A stretch of DNA of 64,000 bases from Paraspadella gotoi (taxonomy: Eukaryota > Animalia > Chaetognatha). Shown here in pieces: positions 1-12,944 of the stretch. Position numbers and translations under genes: made by a program. The first letter of the stretch is position 1, and the number at the start of each line of letters is the position of its first letter. The notes under the pieces are model-generated. The model saw nothing but the letters and a program-made list of their open reading frames with translations. It searched no databases and was not told the DNA's origin. The stretch spans positions 23,451,502-23,515,501 of the forward strand of contig CM119268.1 in the NCBI GenBank assembly GCA_051294375.1, read 5' to 3'.

Positions 1-59
1 CCATTACTATTACTATGAAAAGACTGAATATGTATTTATTTTTGTCCAGCTCAATCTCA

Positions 60-300
60 CACTTCCCTACCCACACACAAAATTTCAATCCAATCCATTC
101 ATCCAGTCACGAGTAATAGGAGTTTTTTGCTAAGGTGGGACGGACGGACGGACGGACGGAAGGGCGGACATAATTTTTTTTGAATAATTTATCATAATTC
201 GATGTTCTGACATGATATAAGTGTGTGCCCGACAATATTGAGGGGGCGGACCGACGGACCGACAAAGTGAATTATAGAGTCGGGATCTGCTGATAATCTC
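60..300 (+). mobile_element. Helentron/HINE (DINE-1-like) non-autonomous element, 3' part
   Basis: caaaatttcaatccaatcc... followed by (GGAC)n and gaccgacaaagtgaattatagagtcgggatctgctgataa, the same end motif as the copy at 4320-4510; hairpin incomplete. Confidence 0.55.
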
Positions 301-709
301 AGGAACTGCTAGTGCCGCCTTCCAGAAATCGTAAAACATTAAAGAATAAAAGACTGAATTCCGATGCAGTTCATGTCATAAATACACGGGTGTGGCGACA
401 AAGGTTTCGCCACCATAGGATCAACCCGAGTTGGCGACTGTGTTTAGTGGTTGCACGGGAAACCGGCTACTAATCACTCAATTTGTGCAGTGACTAGTTG
501 TTTTAAAGGAAACTTTGCACAGTAGTGATCAACCATAAGACGTTTGTTATACATAAATTTCCTAGTCATATATAGTCATGTGATCATAAGAAATATACAT
601 GAAAAGAATTCGGCACAACACATTGGATGAACCGATCTTGTTTCTTTGTATATTGTATATTCTTATATTTAAAAAGTTTAGTGCTTGTTTTGTTTTTTAC
701 CTTTAATAA

Positions 710-1010
710 TATTAGTTGGTAATTTGGATCCGTCTTCTTCCTGACGAAATGTTTCATTCAATGACGACTCAGCAATTATTATTAATATTAGGATTCATCA
801 ATTAAAATATATAGAGTAAAATTTTTTTTCTGATTTAACACCAGTTTTAAAACTACACTATTGTACATGCAAAAGTTTAAATTACGAGTTTATTTTTTAA
901 AAATTTTCTTAACTAAACTTTTCACAGTAAGCTCTCGTTATTTGATAATCTTTACTTTAAAAATTTAATTGATTTTTTTAAGCCTTACAATTAAAATCTA
1001 CAAATTGAAA
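710..1010 (+). repeat. Dispersed AT-rich repeat, about 300 bp (copies at about 9510..9810 + and about 6570..6890 -)
   Basis: Shared ttggatccgtcttctt...ttcaatgac(g/a)actcagc...attaggattcatca...cagtaagctctc...aatctacaaattg. Confidence 0.75.
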
Positions 1011-1070
1011 CATTTGATGATAGACATGTTTTCTGTCCAATTGCTCTAATTCAGAAGAGTATTATTTTTG

Positions 1071-1157
1071 TTAAAAAAAGTCCATCCGTTCAACATCATT
1101 GTTGTTGTTTTCTTTTGTGTAGGGATAATAGCAGGAAATCATAGCAAGGGTTACTAT
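1071..1157 (-). CDS. Terminal coding exon 7 of MS4A-like gene
   Basis: ttttttttcacag| acceptor; IVTLAMISCYYPYTKENNNNDVERMDFF* completes TM4; the stop lies next to a T7 homopolymer so the exact end is uncertain. Confidence 0.75.
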   Translation of the reverse strand: MVTLAMISCYYPYTKENNNNDVERMDFF

Positions 1158-2760
1158 CTGTGAAAAAAAATGTATTCCTAAATATCAAATAGACCAATTA
1201 TTGTGTAAAATAACGGAAAATGATTCATAATAGTAATAATAATAATAATAATGATAATAATAATAATAATNNNNNNNNNNATAATAATAATAATAATAAT
1301 AATAATGATAATAATAATACAGTCATGTGCAAAGAAATTGCGCCACTTTATTTCAGACTTTAAAAATCACCCTATATACTTGAATTTTTAAAGAGATTTC
1401 AAAATTGATTTAAATTTTATTAAAGGATGATAAGTTTGGAATAAATTTTATTAAAATTGGGCCTCTACCGCAAAGCTGAAGGTAAAAAAAATCTGATAGA
1501 TTTAAGAATAATATTTTTTTTTATTATTCTACAATAATAAGTAGAATAAAAATGAAAAAAAATACACTGGATATCCGGAGGGATAGCTGTATAACTTGAT
1601 TGGCCCAGATTCTTAAATAATAATCTTAAGGTTATTAAAACATATGATAAAAGACAGGTCCATAATTCTTAAACTCTTACACAGATTTCAAATAAGAATA
1701 AAATGAAATGATCAAATACTATGGCTAAATTATCTGATATATTTTATTAATTAATTAATAATTATTAATTATTAATAATTATTAATGGCAAGGACAAATT
1801 TGAAAAAAATAATTTTTTTATATTTTTATGAAAAAAATGAAATATTTTAAAATTTCAGTTTATCTTACAGATATAGACATTTGAGACTTTGAGTATGTAT
1901 CTGAGCTATCTGAATGTCAAAAGCTTTTTCACAACCACAATGACAGCCTTTTTTTTATAGTTTTTTTAGTTGAAAAAAATCCATGTAGATAAAATTCACA
2001 CAAAAGGAACACTCAAGTTTAAAAAATCATACCTCCTAAACCACTTAACCGATTGTAATACAAATTATACACATTGATTCGTTTTTAAAAAAATATAATT
2101 TTTTATATAATTTTTAAAACTGTCTGTTAAATAAATATGTTTCACCTCGTTTCATTTTTTTTTTTGGCCAGTTTTAGTCTCGGCCAATATTTTCGCGCGC
2201 TTCGTCTCCCGCCTCGATTTCCGTGATTTATATTATAAGATTAAGTAGTTTAAGTTGTAAACTCATTGAAATTGTTTTTAACGGTTTCCGAGGACTTTTT
2301 ATGTAAATTATAAGTGTTTATATTTAAATATTCGACTTTCTTCTTCATAATTCTACGGCGACTCAAGTCAAAGCATTTCGTTAGTGGGCGAATCGAAAAC
2401 GTTATGGTGGACTAAAATCCACCAACCGTTCATCAGCGGCCATTGGTGCCGGAGGCAAGTCATTCGCCTCCCAACCCAAAGGTCCGGGGTTCTAGCCCGG
2501 TGGTCGTCTGGCAGTTAAGAGGGACGGGACGCTTAACCCGCCTGTAACATGGTGTTACAGCCTGATCCGAAGCTCAGGGACTGCTTATATTAAACGGTTA
2601 TGTCTCTAACACATAACAATTATCACTGTCTCTTCAACCAACCGCATCACCAGCTAGATAATCGACATTTTCTGCACTATCTTTATAGTTTTAAAAATTT
2701 AAAGTTATAAAATGGCACTTTTTTTGCACTGTAGTAATAATAATAATAATAATTATTATA

Positions 2761-2814
<54 letters not shown>

Positions 2815-3136
2815 TTATTATTATTATTATTATTATTATTTTATTATTATTATTTTATTATTACTTGTTTTTTATTAAAATTATTATGAAATTGGTTCAA
2901 GCAATATGAAAATTATCCATTAATTTATGTAATATTGTTATCATTTTTAAGATTATCATTTTGAAGTAATCCTTTCTTTTTCGTTGTTACAATTAATTAG
3001 AGAATTGACAAAAGTTTGTTGCAAACGAATTTTATTTATAGTTGAACAGAAATGTTTCGACTTGTTTTACAAGCCTTCATCAGCGTTTGACAGATTGGTT
3101 TGAAATTTGTGAGAGAGAGAGAGAGAAGAGAGAGAT

Positions 3137-3180
<44 letters not shown>

Positions 3181-3280
3181 GGGTAAAAGTTTCCAACAAA
3201 GTGGTGAGACAGAATAGTGGTCAGATGAGAGACAGGTCAAGGTGAGGACAGATGAATAAGTTGTGAAAAAGAAGTGAAAC

Positions 3281-3322
<42 letters not shown>

Positions 3323-3746
3323 TAATAATAAATGATACATTGTGCAATGTACAACAAAGATTAATGCTTTGAAACTAAAAATTAGTGAAATTTACAAATT
3401 GTCTAATGGATAAATAGTTAACTAGGGATAGAAAGTGAAAAATGAAATGAAATTGTGAAAAATGAAATATGAGAATTTTTAAGTAAATGTTAAAATGAAA
3501 TTTAAGGAGTAAGAAAGAGCCAAAATGAGCTGGCCCCCTTGGTTTATGCAAATGAAGGCATGGACGATGTGTACGGGTCATTGGCGCGTCAGTGGCTGAG
3601 AGGAGAGTGCGACTGAACCGGTAAATTCTTGCACCGGGGATTGTACCAGCCAACTAAATTCGTTGCAAACAAAAACTTTGTCAATTCTCTAAAGATTATC
3701 ATTTAAAATAATATTTAAACTTTGAAATTGTTCTCTCTGTTATTTT

Positions 3747-3790
<44 letters not shown>

Positions 3791-6700
3791 ACCAGAAGCA
3801 GGATCTCAGACGAGGCAGATAGGAAAGGCTGGATTTGCGAATATCGGTTTCAAATCACAATCCTGTAATCAAGTATATTTTCGCTTTATTATGATTTGTA
3901 ATAGTTCTGTTATAATTACAGTTTCAAAAAGTATATTTAGTGGGGCATTGCAATATAATTTCCGCGCCTATAAGCAGTCCTTCCCCAGCATCTCAGAGTA
4001 ATACCATTAGTTCAGGACAATTAGGCAGCGGGATTGATCCCCAATGGCACCTGCGCAATGCGTGAGGACGGCTATGAACTGCCTTGGGGGCCTGGAGAAT
4101 CCCCAAGCCTGGTTTAAAGCCCAGGACCCATTCCAAAACAGCTGCGGGGGCACAAAAGTTACTGATCACGTCTTGTTCACCAGTGTGAATAAGGCACTAA
4201 ATGGGCTGTAACTTCTCTGCCCCCTCATCGGCAAAGGAACGGTTCCTGGGCTTGGAACCATGCCTGAGAATTTTCTAGGCCCTCTCGGCGGTTTTTGGCT
4301 GTCCTCAGTTTTTTGTTAAGGGGTGACAGACACACAGACTGACAGACAGACAGACAGACAGACATCGTTCTTTTTACTTAATTTATCATAATATGATGTT
4401 CTGAGATGATTTTGGTGATTTACCGACAAAATTTTGGAGGAGGGGACCGACGGACCGACAAAGTGGATTATAGAGTCGGAATCTGCTGATAAGCAGATCC
4501 GGCTAAAAATAGGGCGTGGAAAATGACCATTATTTGTAGATTATTTTTCAACACGTGGATCGATTAGAAATGTTATATCAACAATATTGACATCATTTCC
4601 TACCAGTAAATGTCAAAACATTCAAAATAAATTTGTACACTTGACTATCGAGATTAACCTTCTGCGTTGTCAACGTTTTTATGTAAGTTCTTATTTTAAA
4701 TTGTTTCATCTAATATAAGAATAAAAATGAATTTAATAAAAATACCTCTTCACCAAAAGTACAATCCCATTTTTGCAGATTTTTGGGAATCACAGCAAAA
4801 CCCAGGATGATTACCTCGTTAAAAAAAAGAAATGAATTGATAAGATAAAGAGGTAAAAAGTAAAAACTGCATCGCGAGTACTCGCAGCGTAACCTAAAGC
4901 TACATGAGAGACCGACTTACAAGGAAGATAATAGAAATGCTCAAGTCGACTATACACATAATCATTCGACATTTTGTGTTACGACACGTCATGAGGAGAA
5001 TTCCCTCCAGTCCCTCCAAAAGTGCCACTAATCCGAATATGCTTATCCAAAACCATTCCTTAATAAAATAAAATAATTATGAAATTGGTACAACCAATAC
5101 AAAAATTATCCATTAAAAAAGAGAGAAGATCCTATGGAACGTATGGAAAGAAATCGACGCTTTTTGGAAAAGAGGGCCACAAAAATGGGGCGCTTTTGAA
5201 ATCAGAGCTAAAAGAAATAGGGGCGTTTTGAAATAGAGAGCCAAAAAAATGGGGTGCTTTTGGGAAAGAAAGCCAAAAGAAATGGGGCGCTTTTGAAAAG
5301 AAAGCCTAATATTTTTGAAGTGACGTCGCATATAATGTTCAATACTAGTTGTCCAAAAATATGTATCTATCTATTGAAAATTTCTTAACAAAAAGAATAT
5401 GATTTTCTACATTACAATTTCTAGTTTACTTTCTTTTATGTCATTTCGATTATTTGCCCAATTTCTTTTTTTTTGTTAAAAAATGATTAGTTTTTAATCT
5501 TCGTTCAATATAAAACTTAATTCCAGTCTAATGGTTCGTACTCTAACTGCTCTATGACTTTACTATGAGTTCACTATGACCATCCACTATGAGATCCATA
5601 GGGCTTCACTTTTCACCAACCAAAGTGCTGATGGCGTCACTTAAGACGCGTTGCTCCGAGATTGATGTGTCAAAGAAATCAATATTCATGTCAACTCTCT
5701 CTCTGCTCTCGCTCTGCTCTCTCTCAGTCTCGTCTCTCTCTCTCTCTCTCTCATCTCTCTCTCGTCTCTCTCTCTCTCTCTCTTTTCTTTCTTTCTGGCT
5801 TTCTCAACATCGTTGCTTCTCTTCCTATCTCTCTTCTTTCCTCTCTCTCTCTCTCTCTCCATCCCATACTAGGTGATGAATCATATTTTTTTAACCGTCG
5901 GATCTGCTTTAAGCAAATCCAGCTAATATAATTCACGATTTATATCGCAGTCGGTCTTCTGTCTGTCAGGTCTGTCTGTCTGTCCGTTCGTCCGTCCGTC
6001 TTAAATTATCACTAATTTATACGATTTATAATCACATATCACAAATATTATACCACTTCATTGATAGTGGAAGCCAGGTATTCTGGGATGTGGAATAAAC
6101 GAGAATGTGAGAGAGCTTGATTGAAAGGCTAGCAGGGACCTGCTATGTCATTATCTGTAACAGTGATGGAGGCCTTAAACCTCCAAAGCCTGTCTAAAGT
6201 TTGGGGGCAGGATAGCTTATTTATTAATTGAGTTGATAAATTATTATATTGGGTTTACCAATTTCAATAGATAATATTTAGACCTTTAATATATGTATAC
6301 TTGAGATGCTTTTAATAAGCAATGTTTTGTAGTTGTATTTTTCTTCAACTAGTCAACGTGATCATATCAAGCAGATCATATCGGAGTCACTTTCCTTAGG
6401 CATTTTTCTACACTTGAGTCGTCTCGACTAAGCAAGCAATCTTGTAAAAATCTTGTAAAAAAATTCGAGTAAAAAAGTCGAGCAAGAAGGCAACATAATA
6501 TTTACACAATTTTTTTATATAAATTGAACTTGAGTATTGAATTGGTGCAATTGAATTGTCTTTCATTCCACTGTTTTAAAATTGACAATTTGTAGATTTA
6601 AATTGTGAGGTGTAAAAAAATCCATTAAATTTTTAAAACTAGAAATTATCAAATAAGGAGAGCTTACTGTAAAAGTTTATTAGGAAATTTATGAATAATA

Positions 6701-8105
6701 AACTAAATAATTTAAAATTTTGCATGGACAATAGTATACTTTGAAATTTGTTTTTACACATCATAAAAAAAGTATACTTTATACATTTTAACTGATGAAT
6801 CCTAATATTAATAAATCGCTGAGTTGTCATTGAAAAAAATTGTGTCAAGGAAGAAGACGGATCCAAAGTACAAACTATACTACTAAAAAAAAATTGGATT
6901 TTAAAAAAAACCTCACGCGCAAATTTTTAAATTTGAATGGTATTCCTAAGAGAGAAAAAACTTTGTTTGATCCGGAAGGAGATAATCGAGTTCAAAACAA
7001 TCAGGGGTGTGTCGTCATGTTTCAACCTCGATGAGGAAACTCTGAAACGGGATCATCATCGGCATCAGTTCGGTCAACTTGATTTTTGGAACACCCGTCT
7101 CGCCCATCGTGGTATTTACTTATATATTCAAGGATGAGAAACACGGCAGGGGTGAAAACTTTTTTTTTGGGGGGGAGGGCTCTTTTTTCCCAGAGTGCGC
7201 CGCAATTCTGTTCTTTTATCCCCGAATTTTTAAACTTAAATAATTGTTTTTAAACTGACCCAAATCTTAAACCCTAATCTAATGTTAAACTCTAATCCTT
7301 AATTTCTAACCCTGATCTCCAATCAATAAGGTGAGTTAAAATTTAGATTAAATACATTATCAAACAAAAATTTTTACATTTTTAAATATACTTTTGATAG
7401 ACAAAAATTTTTATACCCTAATATAATTTTTTTTACCGCTAATAATTATTTTTAAATATTTATTTATAGATTGGAAAGGCTATTTTAAATTTTAGGACCA
7501 GATTCAGATAGCTCAAAAAAAGTATAAAAGATATAATCATTTTTTAAATATTTATTTAAAATATTAATCAGGTCAAGAGGATATTCGAGTGGCACTGGGC
7601 ATATTTCCAGCTGGATCGCTACCAGATCTTGCCCTAACCAACTCCACCACAATACTCTCTCAATCTATGAACGGGCCAATGAACCAAACTTGCCTTCAGT
7701 AATGCCCTACATTTGCCCGGCCGGGGGGGGGGGCAGCTCATTTGAGCTTCTTTGCTTTACTTATTTTTCACTTTCATTTTCAATTTTTTTTAATTTTTTA
7801 TTTCACTTAATACTACAAGAATTGCTGCAAAACATTAAACTAATTCACTTATTTATTTATTATCTGTTATGTTTAGTCTTTTCAACACCATTTATTCTTT
7901 GTTGTACATTACGCAAAATGTATATTTTGCACAGTGATTCTCTCATCCTCTCTCTCTCTCTGCGTCTCTCTCTCTCTCTCAACCTTTCACCAAATTTCAC
8001 TTTTAATCTCTCTTCATTCCCTGTCCTCATCTTCACCTATTCTCATCTGACCACTGTCCCTTACGAAATTCTTTGTTGGAAACTGTCTCTCTCTCTATCT
8101 TTCTC

Positions 8106-8136
<31 letters not shown>

Positions 8137-11100
8137 TCTCTCACCAACTCAAATGTTTGTAAAAAATTTATTTGTGTCTTTTTCAAATGCTGATGAAGGC
8201 TTGAAGAACAAAGCCCGAACATGTCCAAATTTTATGCTAATAAAAATTATTTTGTTGTTCCACGAAAATTTCGTTTCTTCTAATTAAAATATTTTATAAT
8301 AGGTGGGTCAGAAATAAGAAAAAACTATAAAAAATTATCATCTTCATCATATTTCGATGATTTTAATTCTTTTTTTTTTATATTTTAACTTGAAAACGTG
8401 AGAATTTTCAAAAGCTTTAAAAATATTAAGGTAAAAGATAAAAATATTGAGTGATAGAACAATATTTTTTGCTGCCTTTTTAAAAAAAATTTTCATCAAC
8501 AGTATGAAAGAATAGTATTAAAATATTAAAGTATTAAAAATTAAAAGATTAATATTAAATATTACGGATAAGGTTATGGTTTTTATAATATATATTTTAT
8601 GTATATAAATGGGGCAATTTGAAAAAAAGAAAGCCAGAAATGTCTTATAAATTGATAATAAAATATTTTTGGTTAAATTAATGGAGGGCTTTCGAAAAAA
8701 GAAGCCGCCTTATGGTATTTTTACATATCATAATATAGCTATTATAATATAAGTCATGGGAGGAATAGTTATTATTAATGNNNNNNNNNNNNNNNNNNNN
8801 NNNNNATATGCCCAGTGCCACTCGAATATCTCTCTGACCTGATAATATTTAAATAAATATTTAAAAAATGATTATACTTTTATACTTTTTTTGAGCTATC
8901 TGAATCTGGTCCTAAAATTTAAAATAGCCTTTCCTATCTATAAATAAATATTTAAAAAATAATTATTAGGGTAAAAAAAATTATATTAGGGTATAAAAAT
9001 TTTTGTCTATCAAAAGTATATTTAAAAATGTAAAAATTTTTGTTTGATAATGTATTTAATCTAAATTTTAACTCACCTTATTGATTGGAGATCAGGGTTA
9101 GAAATTAAGGATTAGAGTTTAACATTAGATTAGGGTTTAAGATTTGGGTCAGTTTAAAAACAAATTATTAAGTTTAAAATTCGGGGATAAAAGAACAGAA
9201 TTGGGGCACTCTGGGAAAAAAGAGCCCTCCCCCCAAAAAAGTTCTCACCCCTGCGTGTTTCTCATCCTTGAATATATAGTAAATACCGACGATGGAGACG
9301 GGTGTTCCAAAAATCAAGTTGACCGAACTGAGGCCGATGATGATCCGTTTCAGAGTTTCCTCATCGAGTTGAAACATGACGACACACCCCTGATGTTGAA
9401 CTCGATTATCTCCTTCCGGATCAAACAAAGTTTTTTCTCTTTAGGAATCCATTCAAATTTAAAAATGTGCGCGTGAGGTTTTTTTAAAATCCAATTTATT
9501 TTTTTAATAGTATTAGTTTGTACTTTGGATCCGTCTTCTTCTTGACACAATTTTTTTTCAATGACAACTCAGCGATTATTAATATTAGGATTCATCAGTT
9601 AAAATGTATAAAGTATACTTTTTTATGATGTAAAACAAATTTCAAAAGTATACTATTGTCCATGCAAAATTTTAAATTATTTAGTTTATTATTCATAAAT
9701 TTCCTAAAATAAACTTTTTACAGTAAGCTCTCCTTATTTGATAATTTCTAGTTTTAAAATTTAATGGATTTTTTTACACCTCACAATTTAAATCTACAAA
9801 TTGTCAATTTAAAACAGTGAATGAAAGACAATTCAATTGCACCAATTCAATACTCAAGTTCAATTTATATAAAAAAATTGTGTAAATATTATGTTGCCTT
9901 CTTGCTCGACTTTTTTACTCGAATTTTTTACAAGATTTTTTACAAGATTGCTTGCTTAGTCGAGACGACTCAAGGTAGAAAATGCTAAGAAAGTGACTCC
10001 GATATGATCTGATATGATCACGTGACTAGTGAAGAAAAAATACAACTACAAAACATTGCTATAAAAAGCATCTCTAGTACATATATTAAAGGTCTAAATA
10101 TTATCTATGAAATTGGTAAAACCAATATAATAATTATCCAATCAATTAATAAATAAGCTATCCTGCCCCAAACTTTAGACAGGCTTTGGAGGTTTAAGGC
10201 CTCCATCACTGTTACAAGATAATGACATAGCAGGTCCCTGCTAGCTTTCAATCAAGACTCTCTCACATTCTCGTTTATTCACTCCCAGAATACCTGGCTC
10301 CACTATCAATGAAGTGGTATAATATTTGTGATATGTGATATAAAATCGATAAATTAGTGATAATTTAAGGACGGACGGACGAACGGACAGACAGACAGAC
10401 TGACAGACAGACAGACCGACAAAGTGAATTATATAGTCGGGATCTGCTTATAAGCAGATCCGACTAAAAAAAATATGATTCATCACCTAGTATGGGATGC
10501 GAGGAAGAAGAACGAGAGAGAGAGGAGAGAGAGGATAGGAAGAGAGAAGCAACGAGTGTGAGAAAGCCAAGAAGAAAGAAAGAGAGATGAGAGAAGAGAG
10601 AGAAGAGAGAGAGAGAGAGGAGAGAGAGGAGAGAGAAGAGAGACACTGAGAGAGAGACAGAGAGAGAGTTGACATGAAATATTGATTTCTTTTGAAACAT
10701 CAATCTCGGAGCAACGCGTCTGAAGTGACGCCATCAGCGACTTTGGTGGTGAAAAGATGAAGCCCTATGGATCTCATAGTGGAGTCATAGTGAACTCATA
10801 GTAAAGTCATAGAGCAGTTAGAGTACGAACCATAGACTGGGAATTAAGTTTTATATTGAACCGAAGATTAAAACTAATCATTTTTTAACAAAAAAAAAAG
10901 AAATTGGGCAAATAATCGAAATGACATAAAAAGAAAGTAAACTAGAAATTGTAATGTAGAAAATCATATCTTTTTGTTAAGAAATTTTCAAATGTAGTAC
11001 ATATTTTTGGACAACTAGTATTGAACAGTATATGCGACGTCACTTCAAAAATATTAGGCTTTCTTTTCCAAAAGCGCCCCATTTCTTTTGGCTTTCTTTC

Positions 11101-11509
11101 CCAAAAGCACCCCATTTTTTTGGCTCTCTATTCCAAAAACGCCCTATTTCTTTTAGCTCTGATTTCCAAAAGCGCCCCATTTTTGTGGCCCTCTTTTCCA
11201 AAAGCGTCCGATTTCTTTTCCATAGTTCCTGAAATAGCTGACTCTTGGGAAATGTGATCGAAAATTTCGTTGACTTTTTAGTTGCGCCGGGGTATTCCTA
11301 TGCAGTATGTGTCAAAAATACCCTGAAATACACAGGATAAAATGCAATGTGGCATAATTCCCCAAATAATAAGTAATTTTAGTTAAAACTTGGCAGACTG
11401 GTATGACTGAAAAAAAGAAATACGTGAGGGCCTGAGGTGAATTAAAGGTGAGTTAATCTTTTACTTATCTTCGGATTTAATCGAAGACGACGACGATGAT
11501 GACGACGAA

Positions 11510-11563
<54 letters not shown>

Positions 11564-11637
11564 AAAGCAAGAGAAGGACTTTGGTGAGTCGACAATATCC
11601 CCGGAATTAACTTACCTTTCGTGACTAAACTGGGTGT

Positions 11638-11720
<83 letters not shown>

Positions 11721-12655
11721 CAAATCTCGGCTTTCGACACCGGATCTAAAATCGACGTGACTCTCTCAGTTTCTTTCGTATTTGAATTTAAAAAAAGAAA
11801 AAAAAACTGTTGCTTATAAAATATAAGATTTAAACTTAAAATATAAACGCAGATATAAACGCAGATCTTGACAAATTAAGGAAGACCTTGACCCCGATCT
11901 ATTACTTAAGGGAATAGTCCTTTCATAAAATTGAAACATTCATTGAAATATTATACCATTTTATTTATAAGTCTTGATTAAAAGCTTGCATGTTTCTGTT
12001 ATGTCATTATCTTGTAAGAGTGATGGAGGCCTTAAACCACCATAGCCTGTCCAAAGTCAGGGGCAAAATAGCTTATTTATTAAATGAATAGATAACTTTT
12101 ATATTCGTTCTATTTCTGTACCATGATCCCAAATTTAAACCCAAAATTTAACCAAAATCGATTGCAAAGGCTCAAATCAAATCCTTAACTCTAATCTAAC
12201 CTAATTTAACCTAATATCTAACCCTAATCTTGACACTAATCTCCAACCTAATCCATAACCTTTACCTCCAACCTAATCTAAAAAACTAAAAACTAGTTTT
12301 TAACCTAATTCAAAAATTAAAAAAAACGGGGCTTTTTGAAAAAAATTAGAACATATATTTTTGGCCTGTATAACTTAACTTATTTATCTCCCCGTCTTTC
12401 GTATATGTAAAATAAGTCTGTCCAAAGTCATGTACACTGTATCTTGTTTTATACTCTATATAAGAAGAAAAGAAAAAGAGATGAATAATTTAAACAAATC
12501 AAACTTTTTTCTAAAACAAAAGGTTAAAAAGTTATTATTATTAACAATCACAAGTTTATAAAAATTAAACAGAATATTTTCTGGTCGTCGAATCAAAATA
12601 GAAGTCGACTCTTGATGCGCGTTTGGATATAAATAAGAGAGAGAGAGAGAGGAGA

Positions 12656-12691
<36 letters not shown>

Positions 12692-12891
12692 AAGAGAGAT
12701 AAAGAGAGAGAAGAGGAGAAGAGGGAGAGGAGAGAGAGAGAGAGGAAAGAGAGATAAAGGGCGAGAGAGAGGTGGAAGATAAAGGGGAGAGAGAGAACAA
12801 GACAGAGAGCGAGTCACTTTTTCTTTTGGGGCCTCGGGATTGCTCAAAAGAGGAAGTCCACTCTTGATGTGCGTTTGGATATGAATAAAAA

Positions 12892-12944
<53 letters not shown>

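Larger units (their letters stand above)
8806..11230. repeat. Right arm of about 2.45 kb inverted duplication
   Basis: Starts immediately after the 25-N gap 8781-8805; mirrors 5135..7604. Confidence 0.95.

Noticed and set aside
2436-2507. Functional tRNA-Gly gene
   Set aside because: Anticodon and D stems are mispaired, there is no T-run terminator, and it is followed by a tail and flanked by a TSD: a SINE head.
4815-4920. Tetraspanin-like reading GYAASTRDAVFTFYLFILS
   Set aside because: Requires several frameshifts; treating 4920..4815 as a GT-AG intron gives a clean in-frame join.
8806-8840. Possible exon VREIFEWHWAY after an atcag acceptor
   Set aside because: Cut by the gap, the mirror copy runs into MITE sequence and a stop, and exon 3 joins exon 4 sensibly without it.
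11397-11590. Plus-strand exon pair with GTGAGT donors and a poly-Asp frame
   Set aside because: The frame needed for splicing contains TGA (MTEKKKYVRA*), and the poly-D is a (GAT)n microsatellite; it lies antisense in an intron.
12170-12285. True telomere or chromosome fusion site
   Set aside because: Short, highly degenerate hexamers that are internal and recur in several places; no pure TTAGGG run.
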